From Chrysomallon squamiferum (Eukaryota; Animalia; Mollusca), in assembly GCA_012295275.1 (NCBI GenBank), contig CM022669.1, forward strand, positions 2,108,001-2,172,000: a DNA stretch of 64,000 nucleotides, in the 5' to 3' direction. The notes below the pieces were generated by a model. That model was not told where the DNA came from. It worked only from the letters and a program-made list of their open reading frames with translations, and made no database searches. Each line of letters starts with the position of its first letter. Within the stretch, counting starts at the first letter, position 1. The translations under genes and the position numbers were made by a program. Positions 1 through 11,091 of the stretch are shown here, piece by piece.

Positions 1-653
1 TATATTTAATTAATTAGTTTTTAAAAAAGCACAGTAAATGTTGAAGCGTTTGTTTTGTTCGGTATGTATTTGAATTTATGATAAATGAACTACTGAGTTA
101 ATGCAAACTAACAGGTTTTTGGGAGGTGTGGTTTATGTTTTGTTTTTGTTTTTTTCATATTCTGTTTCAAGTAAGCCGCTTATTTATAACTGACCTGAAG
201 ATAAGATAATTTCTGGGTTGTTGTATTGTCTTGCTCCAGGTTCGAAGGTCATAAACTGCCGAAAGATTACAACATTTAATAAAAAAATGTATTAATGAAC
301 ATTTTGAGATATCGTGGAGGTGTTCGACAACAGTTCAGTTTAGTTCGATTGAACTTTATTTAATTACTCGTTTTGGGGTTTTTTTTAGTATGACTGATTT
401 CTAAATTCATTTGTCAAAAAATAACGACTTTATTTCGTAAATTAATTTAAAAGTAGTGTCACAAGCAACTGTAATACAGGGTAATACTGTCATACGTTTT
501 TTCAGTAACAAAGTAATAATCTATTAGCACAAAAGTACATGTTTCATTTGCTACAAAAATGACGTAAGTAGCAAAACGCAGAGTCAGGGTCGGACTCGAG
601 ATGGAGAGATTTAAGTTCAAATCAGAGCTTTAAATCTGGTAGATCCAGGTAAA

Positions 654-696
<43 letters not shown>

Positions 697-1841
697 TATT
701 TGTATGCGCATACAGTATTCTGATATTTTGAATTAAATAAATAAATCATTAAATTAATGTTAAACCGGTTCGATATTTTCAATTAATAACTAAATAAGAA
801 GTGATCTCAATGTATATTTATTTCGTACTTTAATAGTAAAATTACAAAAAGAATAAATATATTCTATGAAATTATAAAATAAAAATCTCATTAACGTATA
901 TTTTTAATCGTATATTTATATTCATTTTCATTTTAATAAAGATATTTAGAAAAAAAATTAATATATTCCTGTACATAATGAAAACCTTCATTTAAAAAAG
1001 TAAAAATTAAATACAAATGAAATGTCTGAACTTGTTATATTCTTCATCCGTAATCACTTGTTCCACAAATTCCAAGATAATTTTATACATAGACACATAA
1101 ATATAGCTTTAATTTATAAGTAATTCGTGCAGGTCTCAGTGTATAAAATAACTAAACTGATATGTGTATATACAGATATCTGAAAATAACTTTATCTGCT
1201 ACAGCTATGAATGACCACTGAAGAGAAAATTAATATAAATTTAGAAATCGTATTGCGGTAGATGTGGTTGTGGTTGTTTAAACATCCCTAATGATAATAA
1301 CGTGACGGATAAAAATAATTGCAAATAAAGTTTTTCTTGGACAGTTTTTAAAGCCACATAACCATAATAAAACAACTAACAGTATATTTAGATCATGCAT
1401 TAAAGTGTTGAATATTTATTCAATTCTTAGTAACATGCTTAATCAAATTAGTATAATGAATCTTCATGTTTACCTTTGTGTCTTTATTTCCAAGCTAATG
1501 TATATTGAATTAAACACTGAAGATATTCTTTACCTTTGTTAAAATCCTTTGAAATAGAAATGTAAAAACTAAACAGAATTCTACCAGTACTAATGAGCTT
1601 TATCAGTATATCAGTATTTAACAAAAGCAGATGTATTTTATTCCAGTTCCTTACATTCAAAATGATGATTAGTGAGGCAGTTTTTGTGAATATATGTTAA
1701 ACCAACATTAACTAGCAGAACTAAATTTAATTGATTATCTTTTAAATCTAAGTTCTAACCTATACAAATAGATATATGTGTGTATACATTCAGAACTTTA
1801 CATGTGAGAGCATCTTTGTTAATGTGCGTAGATTGTTTTAA

Positions 1842-3124
1842 TTAATAATCACAGTTTCTATCTCTGTGAATGTATTTGTGATCCATGCAGCCAGTGTACT
1901 CTTTCTTTGGCATAGGCACTCTTGCAGACACTTGGTGAGGAATGTAGTTATATCTGTACATCGAGTTGTCGTCAAAAGGAGCTTCTAATCTCCTGTATTG
2001 TTCTAGAGGTTTGAAGTTTTTATGCGGAGAAAGCTGGTGACGTCTGTACGACTCCCTCGACGTTGTCAACCAATCTGAGTTGTCAGCCACTGGTGACCAT
2101 GTTTCTTTCTGACGCGTCAAACGCTCGGGCAACTGCCATTTACGAAAGTCACCTTGAACAAACAACAACAATATATAGAAATATATTTTTTGAAAGACTT
2201 TGTGGCTCGGCCATAATTATATCTATGCAAACAAGACTGAAAGGTATGTTAGGATTTGTTTCCCAAAAAGGGTATAAATATGTTTGAACATTATTCATTA
2301 ATTGGCAAATATTTGTGTTTGGATTAATAGGATTAATAAGAAATAAAGATTCTGAACATAAATTTCTTGGTAAATGTATTTATATCTTTAACAGGAGGCA
2401 CATTTAAATGAATAAGATTAAGCTATGTAATGACAGAGCAGTAATACTACGAACGAATAATCTACTATTAGGATGATGCATCCTATCGAACATTCTAATC
2501 ATTAAACTATATCTACAGGATACATAAAAGTAGATGTAAAAAATGAGATAACTTGTAAGATAATTCTATATTACAAAACTGTATATAACAAATAACATAA
2601 GCCGGTACAATAAAATCGCCTACAGCAAAATACCACATGTCACTATAATAAATAATCACAAATGGCTAACAGGATAACGCACTTCTGTACAACGGTTCTT
2701 CATTAAACGGTTGCAAAAATACCCGTTTTTCCGGTTTTTTTAACAGATTTTGCTGGTTCTCCATAAACTCCTGAAACAGAAAGTCAGTGGAATATAATTA
2801 AATCTATATTTACCTACTTAGCTATTTACCATTATTGTATAGAAGACGTAATGAGGGGAAAACGATCGATATGTAATTGTTTAGATAATTGTTTGGATAG
2901 TTCAGAAACGGAATTATTGAGATAGCTTAGAAATTATATTACTTAGATAAACTGAACTACTTAGAAAGTTCGAATCAGTTTGTCTATCATCTGAAACGTG
3001 CAACGACCTCTGTACTCGATATTGTAAAAACTCTTCAGATCCAGTTCACCCTCAGGCCTGCAAATACTGTTTGGTTTTGTTAGAGATGGAGGTATCTGTT
3101 TGTGGGCAACAAAATCCTTCCTGC

Positions 3125-3177
<53 letters not shown>

Positions 3178-3222
3178 GATGATGGTAAATACACATATAA
3201 ATAGGCACCAAGAAGTAGACAA

Positions 3223-3286
<64 letters not shown>

Positions 3287-3527
3287 AAATACATCCATAC
3301 AGACATACACACATACACAATACATACATCTACACATATATATCAGAAACGAATTGTTAATGCCTGTTTGTGGTCATTGTATCCAGAACTTTATCTCCGT
3401 GTATTGGTTTCTCATGCGGTTTGAAATTTTTCGGAATCGAGATTAAGGGTTGCTTGTATCGCTTCCTGTACTCGGTGGACAGCTTCATCTCACAGCTCGT
3501 TTTCACTCCATCGAACGCTCTGCTCAT
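1842..3527 (-). CDS. SAXO-family (stabilizer of axonemal microtubules, Mn-motif) protein, ~224 aa if the frameshift is corrected; possibly a pseudogene
   Basis: Four exons: 3364-3527 (MSRAF...KNFKPHEKPIHGDKVLDTMTTNR), 3008-3120 (KDFVAHKQIP...PEGELDLKSFYNIEYR), 2683-2770 (GVYGEPAKSVK / KPEKRVFLQPFNEEPLYR) and 1842-2152 (SDFRKWQLP...LTTSRESYRRH...PFDDNSMYRYNYIPH...stop). Repeated TT-x-R-x-[DS]-[FY] motifs and YRG-x-x-GEPAKS-x-K resemble SAXO1/2 repeats as recalled. The model needs a GC donor at 3363-3362 and removal of one A from the run at 2735-2741. An additional upstream exon cannot be excluded. Confidence 0.7.
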
Positions 3528-4364
3528 TATAAAATAATATAATAATAATAGTTCGTTGGCCAGAATCAAAGTTACATGTTTGTACCAAATTGCTGAACTG
3601 ATTTAATATGAATTTTAAGTAGTTCGACGTTTTTAAAGATTACTGGATTCTTTTGTTCTGAATATAATTTTGTACACGGTCATATGTATATATAATATTA
3701 TAATGAACCTAGTAAAATCAAGAAAAATTGTGAAAAAGGCCGAATGTTTCGTTGATGTTGTTGTTGTCTTGTTTGTTTGTTTGTTTGTTTTGTGTTGTTT
3801 TCATGATGGATCTCCAGTCGTTCTCTATTATTTTAAATTAAATCCTTTTCAGGCCAATTTTCTTTTTGAATCATCTAGAGAGGTTTACAGGGAATCGTTG
3901 GTTAAATCAATATACCAAGTTTCCAAACTTAACATTTATATATACTAAAAATTTCCTGTGAGCTGAACTCATAAGAGATTATGGCTCACTTTCTGTGTAA
4001 GTTATATAGTATATTATAGGTTAAAATAGTTTCATTACAGAACAACTACACTAAGTTTTACTACAGATTTATGTCTTCATAATATTAAAGTTTATTTTAA
4101 AAAATAAAAATATAAATGATAAAAAAGATAGCCTCCAGTCTGAAATGTCTATCAATTAAGATTGTATACTTCAGATATCATATGAACTAAAAATCGTCAC
4201 TAGATCTGTTAACTATATGGTATTAAAATTTGGCCTGGTTCGTGACCTAGAAACTGTAAAAATGGCAAATACACTGATTTAGTGGCCGGTAACGTAGATG
4301 AATGTATGGATGGATGTATGACCACAGTGAGATGAACAAAAGGTTGGCTGATGTTTGGTAATAA

Positions 4365-4411
<47 letters not shown>

Positions 4412-5299
4412 TTGTAAAGGATACATGATAATGTATGAAATTATGAATATATTTTATTGGAATTATGGATTAATGGAAACACAGTTATATTTAGTTTTGA
4501 AAATGATGCTTCTCACTGAAACATTAGCGTAAACATTAGTGTTAATTTATAACAAAAATCGGAATGATAAAAGAATTGAAAGAGTTATCTTTGACTATCA
4601 ATTACTGATAATACATTTAACTAAGAAATTAATTTAGAAGATATACAATTATTCTTACGCTGAAGTCATTTTGAAAAAACCGAAAACACAGTTCGAAATC
4701 GTTGCCAACTTAAACGTAACAATTGTTTAAAATAAATGTCAGTTATGACGTCACTGTACCATGGAAGATAACCCAAAATACTTTTGAAAATTAGCTGCTC
4801 ACCCTTACAAAATGACGTTATGTAATGATTAAAATTTTCATTATAAATTTTAATGAACAAAATCTCATATTCATTCCAAACATCTGATAAAAATGGCTTT
4901 GGTCGATTGATATACGTTAATATGTATATGTATGTATATATATATTATCTGGTACAATATTTTTTATTTCACCCATTAAATGTATTTGCTAAGATCTAGT
5001 TTTTAATATTTTTTTTGTTTTATTGTTAATATGAGAATACAATATTAACAAGGACTTGTTAAATAAAAGAAGTAAGAAGCTGACTTTTTGTATTAAGATG
5101 AAACTGTGTAACAAATAATTTTATTATCAGTTTGTTTTCGAGATGATTTTTGCCTATAGTCATTTTCTCATAGAAATTAATGAATGAATATGTATGTATG
5201 TGTGTTTGTGTCTGTATAGATATAGATATATAGATACATATGTATGTATGTATATATTTACATATAAACATAGAGATTATTTGTATTATCAGTTTCTAT

Positions 5300-5523
5300 A
5301 TGTATGTATGTATGTATGTATGTATTTAGTATTTGAATATTTTTCTGTTTTACGTACGTCTGAATAGACTCTGCACATAGACAATATTCGGGAACGCAAT
5401 GGCGCAGGAGGACCCAGTTCAATCAGGACCTCACAAACCCGTCAGATGCCGCTGACGAGACTCGAACGTATGACACCCATTCACCCGCACTCCGAAGGCG
5501 GACGACGTTACCGTTCGGCCATC
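5300..5523 (-). mobile_element. tRNA-derived SINE (Arg-like head) with (ATAC)n tail
   Basis: On the minus strand: A-box TGGCCGAACGG (5521-5511), anticodon-arm-like GTCCGCCTTCGGAGTGCGG and B-box GTTCGAGTC (5467-5459). These are followed by a ~130-nt body and a simple-repeat tail. The A-to-B spacing is too long and no acceptor stem is visible, so it is not a functional tRNA. Confidence 0.7.
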
Positions 5524-5562
5524 AAAAAACTTTTTGTTTTCTTGTTTTTAAAGTTATAAATT

Positions 5563-5629
5563 ATGTATGTATGTATATATATATGTTTGTATGTATGTAT
5601 GTATGTATGTATGTATGTATGTATGTATG

Positions 5630-5660
<31 letters not shown>

Positions 5661-5848
5661 GTATGTATGTATGTATGTATGTATTTTATATGTATGTATA
5701 TATTATGCGCATATGTATGTATGTATGTATATTTTTGTATGTGTGTCTACTTCTTTTTCTTTCTGCCTCTTTATATGCTTTTGTTAAAAACATATTTCAA
5801 AATTTGGTTGAACATTTGCATATTTGGCTATTTTTCTCTGTGCCAACC

Positions 5849-5938
<90 letters not shown>
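5563..5938. repeat. Microsatellite cluster (TATG)n and (CT)n
   Basis: Directly visible simple repeats. They generate the spurious MYVC/SLSL/ERER ORFs. Confidence 0.95.
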
Positions 5939-5941
<3 letters not shown>

Positions 5942-6472
5942 ATCCAGAAACAGTGTCAAAACCAAACAATTTTGTTTCTCTATATCTGTGAATAACGATA
6001 CATATTTAACGCAAACGAAACTGAAAAACAAAACAAAAAAGTAATGAAAAAGAATAATAAAGAAAAATCAGCAGATACATATACATGGAGATAATTCTAA
6101 AACTGATTCATCTGACGTAAATCTCGTTTCGTCTTATTTCATTTTTGCACCTGGTGCTGATATTTTGGATCAGTGTATCGGAATATCGACAGGACGACCT
6201 TGAAATTAGTCAGACATCTGCGAGTTAACTAACAACTGTTGTGCATATTATTCTAGAAACTATTCATAAAACAAAAATAATTTATTCTGGATATATGCGC
6301 AAAATATTTGTATGGGTGTATGTAGGTGTATGGGTGTGTGTGTGCGTGTCTTGTGTTTTGCATTATTATAATATACGTACATAGAAATATAAAAAAGAAA
6401 TTAAAGTATCAAATATGAAATTTTATTTTAGTTTAATTTTTTTTTATTATGTATTTCTTTATTTATTTGTAC

Positions 6473-6550
<78 letters not shown>

Positions 6551-7217
6551 ATTATGTTTTTTCATGTAGGTATTGAAGGTAATAATACACTTTTTATGCT
6601 CCAAATACAAATAATTTAAGACATTACATGTTTTGCATAAGCGAATTCGTAAAATAACAACAACAACAAAAACTAAAACATTAGTAAAAACCTGCATTAA
6701 TAAAGTGTACTTGCACCGAGTTTGGAAAATACACTCCAGTACATACTGACAGTGAAAAAACCACGCGACAGGTGCAGATAACGTTTCAAGCCTTTCACAG
6801 AGTCACGAATATATTATTATTTAGGAGCTTACGCATAACATATCTTATTCTAATTTCATTTTTCTTTTTTTTGTTGATTTTTTTTGTCAGTATTCCAGAA
6901 TAAAATGGACAATATTTTACATTTTGTCACATACGCACGCACACACACACACACACACACACAGACATACATACACTATCTCTAGAACAGGAATATATTC
7001 AATTCACTGTTTAACCTGCTCAGAAAATGAACCGTCATTATAAAGAAATCGTGAAAATCACAATACGAAAAATTAAAACAATTTACAAGTTAGTCCGTAG
7101 TCCATTTAGAGGAGGATCTACAATTCTTTTAATATCAAAGGAATGAAAACGACATCCAAAGAAAAGTCATCGGGAAGATAGTCGTTGTGAATTTGTTTTT
7201 GTTTCTTTCTTTCTTTT

Positions 7218-7453
7218 TGTCACTTCCCGATCTCACGCTTCATTTATTTTCATTAAAAAAAAAAAAAAATCAGTATGCACACACACATACAAACTTACAT
7301 ACTTAGATACCCATGACTGTCACTTCCCGATCTCACGCTTCATTTATTTTCATTATAAAAAAAATAAAAAATCAGTATGCGCACACACATACAAACTTAC
7401 ATACTTACATACCCATGACTGTCACTTCCCGATGTCACACTTCATTTATTTTC
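7218..7453. repeat. ~100-bp tandem duplication (two full copies plus one partial)
   Basis: The unit starting TGTCACTTCCCGATCTCACGCTTCATTTATTTTCA recurs at ~7218, ~7318 and ~7420. Confidence 0.9.
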
Positions 7454-8029
7454 AGTTGTCATCACCGTCACAGCCGACACATAAAAAAATAAACAGTAAC
7501 GAGACTCATTAATTTATGATTTATTTATTTATACTGAAAGGACAGAAAATTTCCCTGTTTGTACCTTTCTAGAAGAATGACCCGAGAAACAATCCATAAA
7601 TAAATACACTTTGGAAAAGTTGTTTGTAATAGATTATAACTGTACTTACGATAGAAAATAATTTAGGATTGGTTTCAACATGTAAAACTCGATTTTAATT
7701 GGCTTGTAATTAAATTCATAACAAAAACTAACCTAGCTATAAATTCACGTTTTAATGTGAAGTATAAATATAATTTTAATGGAAATAAATATTCTGTTTA
7801 AACAGGATTCATATTCAAAACAGTTCGAACAATCGATGCTCTTTTAAATTGTATTGTAACTGAACTGATATCGATTCTCAAACAGTTATTTACAATGAAA
7901 GCTAATCCAATTTATAATTTGTTCCATTGATATTCGTTTGAAGTCAGAAAATAAAATTATAAAATTAAACTAAAAGTGTACTATTACGCTGTTAAGTTTT
8001 TCATGTCACAACTTCTCTGTTCCGTTAGT

Positions 8030-8135
8030 ACGTACAGCTGTCACTGAACAGCTTATATTGACCACGTGCAGGTGTTAGTAGGCAAGGGCTCGCACGACGG
8101 GTAAGTAAACTGGGAACTTTTAATGTTTATGGCAG

Positions 8136-8174
<39 letters not shown>

Positions 8175-8919
8175 TAATAAATAAATAAATAATAAAAAAA
8201 ATAAAATAAAAACGAAGAAAAATATCTAACAAAACGAAAACAAAATCTTTAAAGTTTCATTTCCAATGTAATAATCATAATAACAACAAAAAAAACAACA
8301 ACAACAACAACAACAACAATAATAATAATAATAATAAAGCAGTATATTACTGATCTATTCATACATGTATGGAAAGTGACATGCACTCAGGCAAAATCTT
8401 TATTCAGCTGGATACAAAACAGTAACAAAATATTGTTTTAAATGTTTAATGTGAGGTATATGTAAACTGAGATACAAGTATGAAGCAAGCTAAAACCATA
8501 TTCGATAAACTTCAGATCGACTAAAAAAAATAATAATAAATTAAAAACAAATACTGTACGCTTAAAAAATGTGCCGAGTTTAATACACATACACGCTACA
8601 GTTATTGGATATTGTTCTTCTTTTTTTCTCTCTGTCTTTTCGCTCCTTTCCTTTTTTTTTTTTTTTTTTTTTTCAGTCTAACGGGTTTGTTGATAAACTT
8701 CCTGTAATTTCATTCGGTTATACAAGAGAAACGCTCAGAGCTGTTGGTTCATGAACAGTGTAAGTAATATAATCTAGTTCCCGCTTGTTTGTCATCGTTC
8801 ATCTGCATGTCATTGATTTGTTTCTCAACTTTGTTAAAGGTAAATAAACATTTTACATTTCTTAACTAAAACCATTTTGATTTTTAATTCGGACATTCCA
8901 GGTATTTACATAATTATCC

Positions 8920-8961
<42 letters not shown>

Positions 8962-9338
8962 TTATATCAGTAGAACAGGAATAATAACAGATGTCATTTA
9001 AATGTTTATATTCAAAGTATATAATTATTCTGTAATTCAGTAAACGTAGGAAATGTGAATGAACGAAGTGCTTCAAGATGATATATCAAAATGTTTGGTA
9101 TGTGTTATCCATTCTATTTGAAGATGTACATAAAAATTTCATTTGAAGCTTTTCTAAAAGAATAATCATTTACCTAATGGCATGGTTGTCATTACTTATT
9201 GTGTACAGTTATATCATTTTGTTGATCATTGCAAAATAGTTAATTAAGCCAGAAGTATTTCAAACATATATAACGTTCTATTTCATATTAATATATAAAT
9301 CAAAATACATTACAAAACATTCAATAGTAGTAGTAGTA

Positions 9339-9387
<49 letters not shown>

Positions 9388-10575
9388 TAACAACAACAAC
9401 AACAACAACAACAACAATAATAATAATAAAAATAATAATTTGATGATAATGATGATTAGTTTTACTCACAACAAAATATCAAATATCACTATAACATAAA
9501 TTAAGTTAGACTGTTGTACAAAATGTTAGTTTTTGAAAAGTTGATAACGTTTTTTTGCTCTCTCTCTCTCTCTCTCTGAAAATTAGAGGTTCTTAACGGT
9601 ATTTTAAAAAATATGTAAATAAAAATTTGATAATCCATTAATCGAGAAATAAAACTGAACTCGACTTCCCTTCCTTTTTAATTTATATTTTAATTTGTTC
9701 GTTGCTTGTATATTTATTTATTTATTTTACATCATGAAAAAGATCCGAAAACACGATTTTATAAAGACCGTCCAAATCATTATAAATAACTAGGATTTAG
9801 GTGTATTCGCCGGAACCGAACTGTGGAATAGAGACAACGATAAGGGAGGTTACTCTTAATGAAAAAGTAAGAAAATTAAAAGCAGAATTCATTTTTATTT
9901 AAGTGTGGGGGGTATTTTGGGGGGTCATTTATTCATAGGGTCTAAATGTTCGTCACATTACTTTATTATAATCATAGATGTTTGTATTTACCATTCGTAT
10001 TATAATCACAAATGTTCGTATTTACCATGAAGAACAGTTTCTAGAAAAATACGGTAACAATTTTGAATTTATCTTTAAAAAAAATGAAACATTGATTGAC
10101 AGAACATCGAGAAAATGAGAACAATATTCATTGAATCGCGGGTTTGCAGGTCGCTTTCGAATTATTAACCCAGGGTCGGTGCAGGTAATATAAATTTTAT
10201 AGCTAAGCTATTTATTATATGAATTTGTTTTTAGAATCAACATATTTAGCTGTCACGACACTAATAGTTTAGTAGTAGTAATTATCTTATTATTCATTAT
10301 ATATAATATACTGTTTTTTTAATAGAATAAATATAAACGTAAAATTTTACAGAAATATACGTGGCGTTTGTAACTGTGTAAACAATTATAGCTGTCATAT
10401 CATTTACCCTTTTTATTTTTCATTTTATATTTTTATTATTGCTAATTGCTAATATCTTATTACTCATCATAATGCACTATAAAATTTATAGCAATGGTCT
10501 GATTACTTGTTAGCCTGGAACAAAATTTATTAAAACAGTCTTCACAAAATCATTTTAAATTTGCTTAATTACATT

Positions 10576-10617
<42 letters not shown>

Positions 10618-11091
10618 CCAAAAATGAAATTAGGGTAAAAATAATAATAAAAATGCTCTTCTGTTTTTCATTTTTCTTTTCCAAAAAAAGTTATGTAAAT
10701 TAATAAATAAAAAATAAAGTGACAAATGTAAAGTGACTAGCCATTATTATAATCTGTCTGTAAATTTACACCACTGTTTTTCTTGGCACTGTATTGGCAA
10801 AAACAAGCAGTGTTATTTCATATCCAAAACAATATTTGAATGGCAATATTGTTTGAATTGGAGAAACAAGGTAGTCTTTAAATTATAGATATTATATTAG
10901 AAAAACTGAAGAAAAAAAAAGAAGAAGAATATAGAAAGGAATTGAATTGTTCATGTTTCAGTTCATGATGGATTTTGCACAGATGGATTTACTTGTGTAA
11001 TCTGAATATTGACATTTGACACACAGAAACATGAATGTTTGATTACCGTCACAGCATTTCTTTTTACTGACTTCAACACTGTAAAAGGATG
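8030..11091 (+). other. Candidate 5'-UTR exons of the SLC35A4-like gene, containing short uORFs
   Basis: Donor CGG|GTAAGT at 8100/8101. Exon 8677-8759 has a long polypyrimidine tract plus CAG and a GTAAGT donor. Donor CAG|GTAATA lies near 10184. Exon 10962-11091 ends in the start ATG followed by GTATGT. uORFs: 10965-11000 (MMDFAQMDLLV*) and 11031-11042 (MNV*). The start at 8030 is approximate. Confidence 0.5.

Noticed and set aside
5440-5523. Possible tRNA gene
   Set aside because: The A-to-B box spacing is expanded, no acceptor stem is visible, and it continues into a body and microsatellite tail. A SINE head fits better.
3052-6697. ORFs with poly-I/L/Y, HTHT, VCVC, MYVC, SLSL or ERER tracts (also at 9278, 31315-33105, 34322 and 61811)
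   Set aside because: These are translations of (AAT)n, (CA)n, (TATG)n and (CT)n microsatellites with no coding signal.
6740-6810. Possible upstream Cys-rich first exon (C-x-C) of the SAXO gene
   Set aside because: An ICTC-like stretch exists on the minus strand, but it has an in-frame stop just upstream, no start codon and no suitably phased donor.
8030-11091. Homologue of the vertebrate SLC35A4 uORF microprotein (~100 aa)
   Set aside because: Only very short uORFs (3-17 codons) are visible in the candidate leader exons, with no similarity to the recalled microprotein sequence.
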